Positions 39,028-52,704 of a stretch of 64,000 bases of DNA are shown here, one piece after another. The DNA is from Botryllus schlosseri (taxonomy: Eukaryota): assembly GCA_051294905.1 (NCBI GenBank), contig CM119371.1, positions 38,380,001-38,444,000 of the forward strand. The letters are read 5' to 3'. Each line of letters opens with the position of its first letter. The stretch's first letter is position 1. Under the pieces are notes generated by a model, which saw only the letters and a program-made list of their open reading frames with translations, was not told the DNA's origin and searched no databases. The position numbers and the translations under genes are program-made.

Positions 39028-39789
39028 CTTGCAGTTATTTCAGTGTATGCTAGCTTCGTAAGTTCTTAATTCTGAAGTATAACAAAATAATTGATCAAAA
39101 TTCTAATACTGATCACTAGGTAGATAACTTAAAAGCCGACTTAACGTAATGAATATTCCCCAATATTTCTGAGGTATCGCAAAAGGCAAGCATACAGCGC
39201 ACCTCTGATACTGCCTACAAGAGGCGTTTGAATCTTAGCTCTGAGATACAGTCGCCCAAGACTGATGCTATCCCCCTCGTTCTGCGGTATTTAAAGACTC
39301 GGCATTTTTTCCTTTTCGGCTATCATATCAAGATCGCGATATCGGAGGATCCGATATGTTTGTATGCCATTAATGATAAGCAGATGTGTGGTGTTCGGCA
39401 ACGTCCCAGAACGAGAGAAGAATGACGCAATCACAACGAGAGAGAACTCGACCGTTTCCCGGCGTTGTATCTTTTTTCTAATTTCGCTCGCCTTGAAATC
39501 GCTTACTTGGCTATAATTAATCACCGGAACATATATATCGCCACTGTGGATACCTATCCCCATTTTTGTTCGTACAATTTACCCACTCTACGAAGACATC
39601 GGTTTAGAAGTATCACAAGAACAAGATGCACACAATTGATTATGTTACAGTTTACTAGATCAAGGGAAAGAGGGATTCAATTTGAACAAATCTTTAATCC
39701 ATACTACGCTTGATGCAGTGTGTTTTGTGTTGTTATTTTGGTATTCACTGGGTTTCAACTATACTACGCGCACAAGCGGTGTCTCATAA

Positions 39790-40367
39790 AAGCCAAGAAA
39801 TAGAGTGTTACGAGATATGCGGAAACTAGAAATTGCCAAGTTTATGTATCAGTTCCACTGCGATCACTGCCTCAAAAACTTCGATGACTTCTTTACCTCG
39901 GCATCAAAAGTGCATAAGTACAACACACGCGCGTCCACGTCGTCACACTACGAAAAAGATCATCGCTGTATCAAATATGCCGGACCTACAGTGTCGAACA
40001 GTATCTCGCTAGCTATCCGACCGTCATCCAGCATGTCCAGATTGTCAACATTCAAGTCGAAATGCAAACAATCTCTACTGAATGAATACTAATCAGCCCT
40101 ATAGTTTACCGAACCACGACTTGACATATCGATCACGCCTTCCGACACATGTCACCTCTTTTTATCGCATGTCATTTAATAGAATCTTCTTTTATTTTTC
40201 ATCCAGTGTGCATGCCTCCTTGATAGGCTACATCGCTTAAACCAGGAGGGTGTCTGATTTTTAAAACTATTCCAAGACGTTTCGACACCTTCCTATATTT
40301 CATTGTATCACAGTCTTGTGGTGTATTGAAATGATGAAATTCTTAACAATAAATTGTATTGAATTGG
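39790..40367 (+). mobile_element. 3' fragment of a CR1/L2-group LINE
   Basis: ORF2 C-terminus-like LEIAKFMYQF...FFTSASKVHKYNTR...KYAGP..NSI...FKSKCKQSLL, then 3' UTR with AATAAA and ATTGA-type tail. Confidence 0.72.
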
Positions 40368-40659
40368 AGTCGGGAGATCATCATAAGAGATATCAGCCTT
40401 GTGTAAATGATGATATTAGTCGAAACATTATGAATACCAAAAGAAACGACAACTTTAACAAGGCCATTTCCACCAGGTCTAATACCGATGTACATGTACA
40501 TTGCACAGTGTACATGTGTAACATTATACTACTTAGGCAAAGGCTATAAGCAGGATTTATTGATCAATATCGAATGCACAGTTTAATTGCTTATGGTAAT
40601 TGTGACTCTTGAAAGTATGATTTTAGTGCAACTTGGCTATTGTATACTTATGTGATATT

Positions 40660-41496
40660 CTACCCTGTAAAATAATTGTAACATTCCAACGCACACGGAA
40701 GTGGGGAATCAGTTGTTAAAACAGTATTCGGAACATCTATGGAATGTTCTACACACAATAAATCGACCGTAAACAGATAATTATCTAAACTAGGTCTATT
40801 GTAGGTGGACGTAAGGAATGGCATGAATCGCGATACCACCCATGGACACGACTCTGCCGACCGGTTTACTGGTATGTAGTCTGGCTTATAGCCATTCGAT
40901 TTTATGTCGGTTGTTTGATATATTTGAGGTGATGAGGGATACGATGTTGCCCTGATATCTTTGGATTGGAAATGTATATGGTCCATTGGACAAATAATGG
41001 TGTCGTGATTACTCTAAAACTAGGCCAAATCATGATATATTTAACTTTTTTATTGCGCAAAATCCACTTTTATGGCACATTCAACGCGGCGCGTAATTCA
41101 CTCGGAAAATATGGCGTGCCATAATTTTAGTCAAACATGACGCAATCAGACATTGGGGAATTATCAAGGCTTTTTCGGGGAGTGTGCGTCATCGATAAGA
41201 TTGACACAATTATCGGGGACACCCATGTTATATTTCTAAAATGTCGATTTTTCCGAAAGATTTTCAGCGATTTACGTCAAGAATAACGTCCAATTCCTCG
41301 AAGCAAGCTGTATCGTCGGGTCGAAGACAGGATATCCATACGAAGTCATTCGTGGCGGACCGGTGGCTCCATTGTGATCTGGGTTGAGTAATTGTCGTCT
41401 GGGGATCCTTATCGGTTACGTCACGGAGGAGAATAGGTTTGTAGAGGCGATGTCCCAGCTCGTTGCCGGGAGCTGTCGGTTTTATTCTTGTAGCGC
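40660..41496 (-). CDS. Candidate last two exons (41496-41276, 41013-40660) of an unidentified gene
   Basis: Both are open, have AG acceptors and splice in phase via a GTAAAT donor, giving about 190 codons; no recognisable domain. Confidence 0.33.
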
Positions 41497-44400
41497 CTAC
41501 ATGAAATATTGAAAACGGTTAAATATTAACACAGAAGATAATCTAATTTAAAGCGGTAAAAGGAGGACGCAGTGATTGCAATGCGCGTAGTTCACGTCAC
41601 AGCTACCTCGATACTATTAGAGTTGGGGCGTACACATGTGAGCCGTGAGCATACGACACTGAAACATGAAGGCTAATGAATACGATTGGATTATTAACCT
41701 TTATTACATTGGTGAACCCGTGCGTTAATCCGCCAGGCTTCAGCGAACCCCAAATGTTCTTATAGTACCAATCAAAACATCCATCACATTACATCACATT
41801 CTTATAGAATGCTGAAACGATCTGTGCATCAATAACAGTGATAAAGAAAAGAACCGTAACATTATATTAAAATGAAAATGAAAATCAGTATGAGTTCCGC
41901 TGTATGAGTCAGAAGCGTGGCTTTATCTCCAGACTACCTGGGTTTGTTGGACAAGAACTGAGTTGGCAAGAACTGGCTTAGAGTTGGATTGTTGGCAAGT
42001 TTGTGGTTGGGTTATGGGTAATTTTAGGGAATATTTTGGATGGATTTTGGGTTATAAAGTCCCATATTCCACTGTCCTATGATTGACAACCGTTTTCCAT
42101 AGTGTGACATGATACAACGTCGGACAAACTTCACAGTTATCGTGGTATTGTAAAGCGTTGAGCTGGTTTCCGATAACATTATACAGACATGCCGAAGCAT
42201 ACAACGCCGAATCTTCAGGTATAAATATGTATGGAGATTGCTTACTCGGAGGCCACATGCATTTTGTCTGGGATTTGCGGCGCAGTTTATACCACGGAAT
42301 GACTAAATTCATGTCGAAAATCCACCGTGCTGGGGCACTATTGACACACTCAAACCATTGATACAATCCTCATACCTATGACTCACAACTGGGGTGGGAC
42401 ACAATGATTGGAGTTCTCGCATCTGAATCGACTATGAATTCCAAGGATTCTGGACGGGTGTAGTAAGAGATGAATTTTTCGAGTTCTGGAATGATACTCT
42501 TATTGCCACTAAAAGGTAATTCACCAGCGATAATTATAGTTTCGATACTATGTTCATTGTTCAGTGTCTACCCGGGGAAGTCCGTAGACCTCGATTGCTT
42601 GCATCGCAGAATACCAAAACTGGAGTACAAAGCTATACGCTCTCATGTGATCAATTAAACCCAGTCTTACTCATAACTGTCCAGTATAGCAGTCCAAATA
42701 TTCTTTGAAGTCGATGGCAGAAACGCGTGTCCGTTAAATCGGGAGCAGAATCACCGCTAAAGTTGAATCTGAAAAGTCACGATGCTGACTCATGCCGCTG
42801 TTACAATCGACCGGCGGTAAACGCGGATACGATTCGTGATTTTAAGGACCCACGTTATGCGGCGTTGCATCATCTCCAAGGCGGGCAATCAATCATGTTC
42901 CAATCGCGTTCAAGTGGACGTAAATGGCGAGGCTTTGGTTAAATGGGGGATGAACACAATGACCCGTTTGATTTATGTGTCACAATGGCTACTTTGTGAC
43001 ACTCAATCGCACTGTGGTTGGACTCAATTCCCGGAAACGCGATCGCATGATGGGCCTTTACAAAATGACGACACGCCCCTTCAACACACCTCTAATATAT
43101 TGGAAATGCTGATACAGTTTATCCGACTTCGTCGAACGTTACCTTTGATTCAATGGTGGCTACTTCTTTGTTTGAAAGCTTTACACGATCTTGATGGGCT
43201 CACCATTTACCACGCCACTCATAACTCAACGCTGGAATGATCGTGGAATCAACGTGGCGTTCCCTTGGAGCAGTGCATGGTTTCGCAACTGTTCGCAACA
43301 CTTGTCTCGTGCGTGGAGCAGGGGTTTCTTAAACGTATCTGACTGCGGAACGCTTCAAGTTTAGTGGGCCGTTGAGTAACCCTCCAAATTATCTGATGTT
43401 GTTGACTGAAAAAAGGCATCACTTCGGCCCAATCTCCATTTACCATATTTGATGCCACAAAAAGCTACTAAATGACAGAAACAAGGTCATCACATCAAGC
43501 CCGTGTCTATATTCAGCCCGAATTAAGTTAATTGAAGACTAGACCCGACATGGCCTTGCAGTCCAACTCACGGCGTCATTGCCAAATGATAAATCTGGAT
43601 CTTTATTTTCGTGACAATGTATTTTAACATTGTGCTTTCACTGAACCCCTAAAATAGTATTCGGACCCCAGTTGAGTTAAGTAGAGTTTGCTCACCAATA
43701 CTCTCTGGCTGCTCATTCTTATCAGCCTATGCTATATTCTGTTCAGCACACAACTATAAATGCCTTCAACTAAATTTGATGGAACAATGCTTTTAAACAG
43801 GAGTGCACCAGCATGACAAGGTACGCGAGCTCGCATCACAAAACTCTCACACTCCACAGATTTTTTTTACGAAATCTTGCTGTGAGGAAAAGTGATCTTC
43901 CAGTATAATAAAAAAACGTGTAGATTTCAACTGATGCACATGCCAATAATGATGGACAACAAAACAGTCATTAAATAGCAATATCCTATTTTCGACTTTC
44001 TAAAGATTTGTCAATGCTGTTTTACGACACGGAATATTACTCGCTAGCAGCCTGCAGCCATAATCGAACTCTCACCCACAGTGTGTCAAACTTCGACACC
44101 AATCATCGGTTGAATTCACATGATGCATGGCCTACTAGTAGGCCATGCATGATGATATGCCTAATTATTTCTGAATAGCTCATTTGTGGTGGAATTGCAC
44201 GAAACAATATATTTGTACTGTTAATTTATGCACAAAATTTTTTTCGACTGACTCTCACCAGTATCGAACGTCAGTAATACCACCGCGAATCAAATTAAAA
44301 TTTTTCATGTCGCATTTTATCTCATTTACCCTTTACGTAACAGGGCGCATGAACTCACCACACCCACTGTAAAGGTTCGCCAAACCATAGGAGGTTGACA

Positions 44401-47400
44401 GGCACTGTTCTAGGTCACATGGGTCGTTTCGACTTTTTATTATGTTTTCATTTAATACAATATTGTGGCGTCTCGTTGTATGCCTAATAAATTTTTGGAC
44501 TAAATTGAACTGAGCTGAAAACAAGTCCGGTTTGAATATTGGCTGTTCTGATAACATCGGTCGTAGGCTGCTCGGTTGTAACTCCTGGTCACTGCGACCC
44601 TTTCCTACCTTTTCGTTCTATAACAATATTGTGGTGTTTTAAAATCATGGGACATTCAACAACCTGAGCTAATTAGGTATTATATTACTATACATTATAC
44701 GAGACACGTTTAGAGCCGGGTCGGTTGTTGTTTGTGCGGAGTACAAAGATGCAGTGCGACACGGATTTGACCGCAGTGAAGCCACCGTATGACTTTCACG
44801 AGAAATTCCAAGTGCCAGTCAACAGATAGGCCTCTATTCGCAAAATTGTAACACGTGCTACTTTTAGGAAATTATTTTCTGGTATAGAATAAAAGAGAGA
44901 TCTAAAATTTATTGAATTTCGAACTCATATACTTCCGTCGAGTAAAGGCCACTATTTCAGCACGAATTGAGGCTTTTTGCTTGCATTGCGAGACTTTCCA
45001 GGGTGCGTCGGACGCTGCTAATCAGTGACTCATTCGATTTGACCTTATGGAGCAGACAGTTATGCACTGATATGACGGTTACGAGTGACTGAGTTACAGG
45101 CGATAGCTACGCCCACCGCACGCCCCAGAGGCTATCGATGGTCTGCTCTTTAATAATACTCTTCGGACTGTCTTTGTTAGGCGAACCATTCCGTAGATTG
45201 ACAACATCCATATTCTATCGATGTTCTACGCTCATTTCCATGCAATTATCAGTTATTCTAGGATATGGTTGATGGTCTTATCATCTTTCCAACAGCTAAA
45301 GTTTACCAACATATGACTGGGCCATAATGGGCTGAAAATTATGAGACACACTACGTGATACGAGAACACAGCATTTTTGATGGCCATTTTCAGTATACCA
45401 ATCTTGCGAAGGAGAAATCCTCATTATTTCTATTTCAAATATTATTGTTGGGTAAACCGGATATCCTTTGTTTCCACATCATGTCTTTGCATGTAAGTGT
45501 AAAACTAGACATGGGACAGTTGTGACACAATAGCATATGGCACTACATCATGTCATGTCATACTAGAAGTAGTTCGGTTATGATCTGATTAGGGTTTATA
45601 TTATATTCGAGATGTGGTTAGGATTTGAGAAACGGCTTATTCCAGGGTTAGGGATGCGGTTTGGATTCATTTATGGGTTATTTAGTCACATATCGAACTG
45701 TAGGATGCTAAGCTGTCGTTTTGCAACACCCGTCATTGCGGTCACAAAATTATTTTTTTTTGACATTTTTCGACCAAAATCAAAATAGTATATACTTCCT
45801 CCAAAACTGCTTTGTATGTTGTTTACTGATTCCGAGGAGAACATTCCATATCCTTCGCCGTGTTACAGACAGTATAGTAAAAGCGTGGGAAATTTGAAGC
45901 AAATTCTTATGCACCGAGTATTTGGACATCCTAGATTTTGCTGACGGGCAAATTTTGCTGCGAAAACAGACTTTCTATCCATAAAATTCGATCATGAAGA
46001 TTCCCGACTGTTGTTCGCAGGTTACGTTGCAAAAACATGGAGTCATTCGTGTACACTCGGTCACACCCCGAATCGTTAAATGTCGAGTCCATAAGAAAAA
46101 TGTGAAGCTTTGTCTGCGCAATAAAAACACCAACCATATGGTAAATGTGTTTCGCGTACCGGATGCAAAATTTGAAGGAAAGTTCTAATTTTTCAATCCC
46201 CTGTTCATTCTTGAACCCGTATGCCATAGCCATATATTTCGTCAATATTGAAAAAGCAATACGGCAGGACATATCTGGTATCGCGTAATGAAAAAATCAT
46301 ATCAAGCTTAGATTTCGTAGTCATACAATATATAATATGGTAGAGAATATTGGTCACATACATATTGTGAATTTACTATTTTTACATTACTATGTGTTTG
46401 AGCCAATTGTTCGTGGACGCAATACGTGTCCATCTTCAAGATCAGTGTTATTGGACTATCCTGAAATATTTGAAGTAATGATTTAGTTCGATCCAACAGC
46501 AGTCAAATCCAATCTTCCCAGAAACTATTCTAACTTATTGCGCATCATTGCCTGTTCAGTTTTTATCAATGGAAATTCAGGAGATATCGACTTACGCTTC
46601 TATTCTATTTATACATCACTTGACACACGATATAATTGGATCCGTTAGTAATCAGAAATTCTAAATGACAGCATTCAGTTTTTGTAATTCCGTTCCTATC
46701 TGCACTCGAAATTGCTGGACTATGACAGGTCAATTACGCTTACTGACACATGACACTTCCTTTTCATAGCTTGTTCTTTTTTACTCTCTTTTGACATTTT
46801 TAATACAGTGCGCATGCCTCTTATTTACGTGATATAGCCCATGGGTCACCAACACACGGCCCGCGCCCATGTTAGAGCACACAGCGTTGTACAGCGTTGC
46901 ACAGATTTAAAAGCATGGTAGCTAAACTGTGTGGCCTTTTTCGTTTCGATATTGCATCTTGCAGCTTGTGGTCTAGCTAGACGATATTTGAAAAGTGGTC
47001 CGCCACCTTTTTGTTGGCGACCCCTGCTAGCCCAAGGTGGGTGCCTAATTAAAATACTACCAAAAGTGCTTCATGAATGAATAATTTTTTGAAGAGCTTC
47101 TTGGAGGTACACAATATGAATATACTATTCAAGGAATTTTTTGTAACAGGTGTATCTTAGATTTGCAAGTAGTGACATATTCACCAAAATTCAAACTCCA
47201 CTACAAGTCAAAGTAGTCATTTATTTGCACCAGACTGTCAAGTAAACGCACTTTACGTAGTGTCGAAAATAAGTAATGTTGTGTGCCTAACACAAGTAGC
47301 TACAAAGACTACTACAAATCGTTTGAATTCATCCTTATCTTTTCATTTTATTGTAATCTTTTGGTGTTTTGAACTGATAAAATTATAACTAAACCGAATT

Positions 47401-48693
47401 GAGCTGAAGACTTGTCTGGTTTCAATGCTGGCATAGGTACATCTGCGAAGGAAGACAATTACGCCAATGAATATCATCAAGTGCAATCACACAACGCTAC
47501 CAATGTGGTAAACAAACTCTCACACCTCTTCCGAGTCCACGGTCGTATTTTCCAGGTATGTTGACGTGAGTCATAGCGTTGTGAATCATAATAATCTTTT
47601 ATCTAATTCATGCGTGACCGAGAATTGTGCGTAGTTGGGAATGCAGCCGATTTTCTTCACGTAAATCACGGTGACTTGGATCAATCGTCAAATAAGTTTA
47701 TGGCCGTCCCTCCTTTTATTCCGTCTACCTCATCGAATGGCGTTAAAAGCTAGAGTTTGCATTCCGTTATCAGATCAAACAGGGTCAAGGATGGGACCTG
47801 AGATATACTTCTGGAACGAATTTGCATTTTATTCTCTCTCACTCAATTCGGTAGTATGTGACGACACGTCCGCAATTCGGTAGGCCCTCTCAACCTTTTT
47901 ACCTCTCACCTCTAGAATGCTATCGAAGATACGTTCTACGCTCAAGAACCGGCTAACTCACGCGGCTTTACTCGATGAACCCGGAGCAACCAGTTCAGTT
48001 CAGTTTATTAAAAATACCATGATTTTAAAACACGAGAAGATTGCGATGCAATGAAACGGTACGAAGGAGTCGAAGTAACTGGGATTAGTAGTTTTGTTAA
48101 ACACCAAACTTGACCTAGAACATACAAATAAAAGGCGTGTACAGTTTCGCAATGAATATAAAGTGAAAGAAGATAACATAAAAAGGAAAAGCGATATAAA
48201 TGAGGGGGCAATGTATAGGTGGGTGAATACGATATGTCAAATCGTGAAAGCATAATAGTATACATGAAATAGAATCTATACTTTAGTTTTACTTGTTTGG
48301 TGACTAAATGATTGCCGGCAAAATACTGTTCCACGCTTGTAATATGTGAAACTCGATAAAGCGATGCATTCTCTCGTAATTTGTGGGCAACATACGATAA
48401 TTGGACGGCGAGGACGCGCGTACGATGTGCTTTCACATGTAGTGGATTTTTAGACAGCTATTTCACAGCAAACATTCCACTTATGCAATTCTCAAGATAT
48501 TTTCCATTTACCCCATTGCATTATATACATTCAAATAAATACATGAAACTTCGTCAGGGCAATTACAACTTGGATATTGACGTACAGTTGGACAGATTTG
48601 GATACTCATAGACCTTGCGCAATTGCGATTTGTAACGCGAAGCAAGCTCCTGGATTTTGAATTTGCAAACCCTAGATTTTATATACTGTATAT

Positions 48694-49428
48694 CAGTATT
48701 TTTCAATCTTTTTGGCAGTCGGAGCCGCATTTCAAACTTCAGAGTACGTATGAATCCGCTAAAAACACTAGAGTAGGCTACTTATAATGAAAATATTAAG
48801 GTATAAACTAGCTATAGCCTACCTCTGGATTTCACCATCCAGCGAATTCAAAATCAGGAACATAGACTTCTATGGATTCTATATTGGTTATTTTAGCATT
48901 GGTATTTGGTAGACGCAGATTAGCGATTTCTATATATTGAAATAAACTGCTAATGCATATCATTACTACAACATACTATTATGTCGGTATGTGATAGCTC
49001 TTCAGTCTTCATACGCTTCAGCACTTATTGCACAAATTTGCGGGGGATTATACGCTAAGTAATGTTGGAATTATTGCAATTTAAACTTGACTATATGAGT
49101 CGTTATTTTGATGTTAGTAAAATTGTGTCGAAATTTCCTCTTTACAGAGACGATATATAAAGGTCTATACGACCAGAAGACCTCACGATATATCCTTGTG
49201 TGATGGGTATTTGACGCTATTCTGCAAGAATTCGCTTTCCCGGTTTTCAGAAGCGGCCTTGGACGGCTTTAGACATAACTAATATCTATCATTTTAGCCA
49301 TCATAAATATAGAAATTGACTATAACTATTCACAGAAACAAACAACAACTGTCGTCTATTACATTTTTGTGGCATAATTATAGAGGTCAATCAAAGCCGG
49401 CTCTTAGAGCCGCAGTTGGGAATCACTT
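48694..49428. mobile_element. Old hAT MITE
   Basis: Degenerate TIRs with GAGCCGCA subterminal motifs; TSD CTGTATAT/CAGTATAT. Confidence 0.65.
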
Positions 49429-49490
49429 CAGTATATGGTTGTTGCTTTTTAGGCGGCCGAATCAATAGTGTTAGTTTAATAATTTAGAAT

Positions 49491-49602
49491 CTGCTGACGA
49501 TTGCGTCTGACGAGTGTCCGCCGAAAATACTCGGCTTTATTTCAATATGAATATATTAATTAAATGTATATTAAAGTTCTGTACCTACGAGAAAGCTCTA
49601 CA
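49491..49602 (+). repeat. Degenerate copy of the short hammerhead element family
   Basis: gctgacgattgcgtCTGACGAgtgtccgccGAAAatacTCggc...tttcaatatgaatata...aagttctgtacc; core intact but stems mutated. Confidence 0.75.
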
Positions 49603-50460
49603 AATAACGCTCCTGGCCGGACAGGGTATGAGTATCGTATATCAATGACGTCGCCATGACCCATTGCGCAAATATTGAGTCTGGAGTTATTCTCCCTTGT
49701 TGACCTTTTCAAAATTAATGCGTCATCGACCGGGAGCTGAGTAGCAACTAGACATACGGGTCTGGCCGTCTGTTGGCAAAAAAATGTCTAACGATTTCTC
49801 TCAAGCGTTTATAAGCCACCATACACTGTACGTGTACGTACGTACAGTCAACCCGACTCAAACCACAGTCATCAGCGGTTAAAGGCGATGTCGTCATCGG
49901 AAGCGCGCGCGGTCACACACGATGAAAAAACGACGAAATAATGCTACCCTTTGTAAGGTGATTGATGTAGTTATTTTTCGATAAATGGTAAACGCTTTAC
50001 AATAGCTGCGTTGGATTTAATCAAGAGGTATTATTTCAACTGTTAGCTCGTGCTACGAATGACCCGCTAATATGAAGCAGACAGGGTCGGTTTTACGTAT
50101 TAATTACTGCTTTTTGAATAAAAGGCTCCCAATTTAGTTGGTTAATTCATGGCCTGTCTCCTTAAGGGGCATGTCGTGCCAGTTCTATTTGTCATTATGA
50201 CGTCGTAATATTCAATATATCGCAAAAATGACTATCATTTTCCAACTTAAGTTTGGTCGCCATTCGCTAATCTGGCGAGTGATTGTAATTGCGTGATTTC
50301 CGCACTTGCTGAGAGTCAAGTACCGTTTCAATTCATTAGTGTAGATCAGTTACTCAACTAACCGTTGCTGCATTCACCATGAGATACATGACCGGCTCTG
50401 ACTTAGAATCATAGTATGGAAGTCATCGAAGTATTAAATATGCAATTAAATAATCTCTTT

Positions 50461-50515
50461 ATTCGTTCGTTCGTTCCTTCCTTCCTTCATTCATTCATTC
50501 ATTCATTCATTCATC
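50461..50515. repeat. Compound (TTCG/TTCC/TTCA)n microsatellite
   Basis: Directly visible. Confidence 0.9.
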
Positions 50516-50517
50516 AA

Positions 50518-50930
50518 TTCAATATAGACATGAACCCGAATATATTCGACTGACACTCGCCAGGGGTAATTTTCAACAACTAGTAGAGATCACAAATTTT
50601 AAAAGTCGGTACAATTATGTTCACAGCACCATTTGATCAATACATTCACTGAGATGTGAGAACCTCTAACCAGCTGCCCTGATACTAGAGTGAAGTTAGG
50701 CTAATGTCTTTTGGATCTAAAAGCACGGTCTTATTGCGAGTCTTCCATACTATTGCGCATTTTGGCAATTCAGGAGTCACCGTATGAATTCAATAATAAC
50801 GAACCCGAATCTACTAATTGCTGACGACTACCCCAGACGAGTATGAGCCGAAAATATGCGGGCTCGTCTCAATATGAATATACTATTCAATGCTGGTATA
50901 TTGAAGTTCTGTGCCTCTAAGAAGCTCTTC
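50518..50930. repeat. Head-to-head pair of degenerate hammerhead-element copies (about 50518-50586 minus; 50811-50930 plus)
   Basis: Both begin ctacta(g/a)ttg(c/t)tga; the plus copy carries the tail ttgaagttctgtgcctctaagaagctcttc. Confidence 0.72.
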
Positions 50931-52399
50931 AATATAAAACAGCTTTGAAGCAGAATCATCATGGCGGCTTACACGTAAGCTGTAGGAAATAGAGTTCAAT
51001 CACCGAGAAAATGGCTGCAGTTGCGGGTAATAAAAAAACAGAATTTATCATTGAGCACTTGGGTAAATCTTCGAATATGGAAAATACTGTAAATCTTGCT
51101 TGCTTACGGCATCAAGACAGGAGGATCGGTGAATGGATATAATTTATATCGCTTCTAGTTCGCGATCAACTCATAAATCATATGCTTTTATTTCTGCAAA
51201 TTGGATTTTTTCGGCGTGATTGAGCACTTTAACAGGGCTTTCAAACAGTTCATTGTTCGCCAACATCAAGTGATCAGTTGTTACTGGGAATAGCGGCTCC
51301 TTGTATTCGAGTACTGTAGAACGTTAACACCTTCCGTCTCACATAAATTGATATCGTTGGGTCTAACTATAGACGCGTCACGAATTCAGACGCGTAAAAT
51401 CGCATTTTTGGGTGGTCCTGTTTTAGATCGATGCTTGGCATCGGCGAAGATGTGATATCACGGATTTAGATTTCACGCGTCTATATTTCGCGTGCAATTA
51501 TAAGCCGATATCTGCTAGGTGGTATCAAACTGAATAGATTTGCGCCACAGTATCGTTCATTTCACAAGAGTTCGAGGGTGATTATGTGACAGAGGACTTG
51601 TCTTATTGCAAACGTGGTTATTTCACAACTGCATTCTCAGCAAATCTCTTAGCACCAGATGTTCAAACTGTGATGTGTATTAATATATGTACTTAAAATT
51701 GCGTTTATAAATATTTCTAACGTCTTTACCGGGGCTTCACAGAGGATCCCCATAAGCATGGGACAATCACGACTTTCAAGTATCGTTTGGACGTCTTTTC
51801 CTGTTCATTAGTGAATTGCAAGTTCACTGATGTCGGCAAGGTTTCGATATGATAACATTTGCTATGATTGATTGCAGGTCTAATATCTGATGGATGTCTT
51901 TTCCCTGTGTTGCTTCACTGATGCAGATGATTCAACCGCTCATTTAAACCTCGTTCTATAATTACACGGTGCAGATTTGTTTACGTTAGATCGAGGGTGA
52001 TGTTTAGGCTACAGAGTCTATGAAACATGAACGGAAAGTCCCTATCTAAAGAGACATTACGCCACACAACAGGCTCTGTGTGCGTATGTATAGGCCACCA
52101 TCACAGCTTTCGGAAAGAAAAGTCTTAAGTTTAAGTGCTGTTGTAATTTCTTGAAAAATATCCCCGTTCTAACATTCGAGCTAATTTTATATTTGGACCG
52201 GCATCGGCATCACTTCTAAATTTGTCTTTATTTGGACAGTCATCGACTCGGCTAATTCTGTTATTAGCCCTAACCACTGTCGCAACATCTCTCATTCAGG
52301 AAAATAACATGGTGATGCACAAGTCGAAAGGAAGTATGAACATATAAATTGTGAATTCATATACCTTGGACAGTCCATGTACAATGTACATAGGAAGTG

Positions 52400-52485
52400 T
52401 TAGTTGCTGACGACTAACACCAACGTGTGTAAGCCGAATATTTTCGGGTTTATTTCATCAATAATATACTATTCAACTGTATAAT
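52400..52485 (+). repeat. Degenerate copy of the short hammerhead element family
   Basis: tagttgctgacgact...aagccgaatattttcgggtttatttc...tatactattcaa. Confidence 0.65.
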
Positions 52486-52521
52486 AATGTGAAATTCGTT
52501 TCAAAACGCAAGATTACTTAC

Positions 52522-52704
52522 CATATTCAAAATGATACTATGCTTTCCCTGATTTGAACCACACCCCAGGTAGGCTGTATCGGATGATATAAGCGACGCT
52601 TCATTTAGAATATATGAGCTGTTCTGAGAAGAAACGCTATCGCCCTTATTCAAGGCATATTTCTGCCTTGACGACATCGTATCCAAAAATTCCATCTGCG
52701 TCTC
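52522..52704 (-). CDS. Candidate isolated exon (ETQMEFLDTMSSRQKY...IILNM)
   Basis: TTTTTCAG acceptor and GTAAGT donor bound 183 nt; only the phase-0 frame is open. Confidence 0.35.

Noticed and set aside
41420..41496. RYKNK reading after an acceptor, resembling the end of an NK homeodomain
   Set aside because: No WFQN or other homeobox exon found upstream; the frame closes after about 24 codons while another frame stays open.
42052..43458. Cluster of medium ORFs on both strands
   Set aside because: No recognisable motif or consistent exon structure; may be a decayed element but cannot be supported.
45931..46272. 113-aa minus-strand ORF
   Set aside because: No domain similarity recognised and no supporting neighbouring exons.
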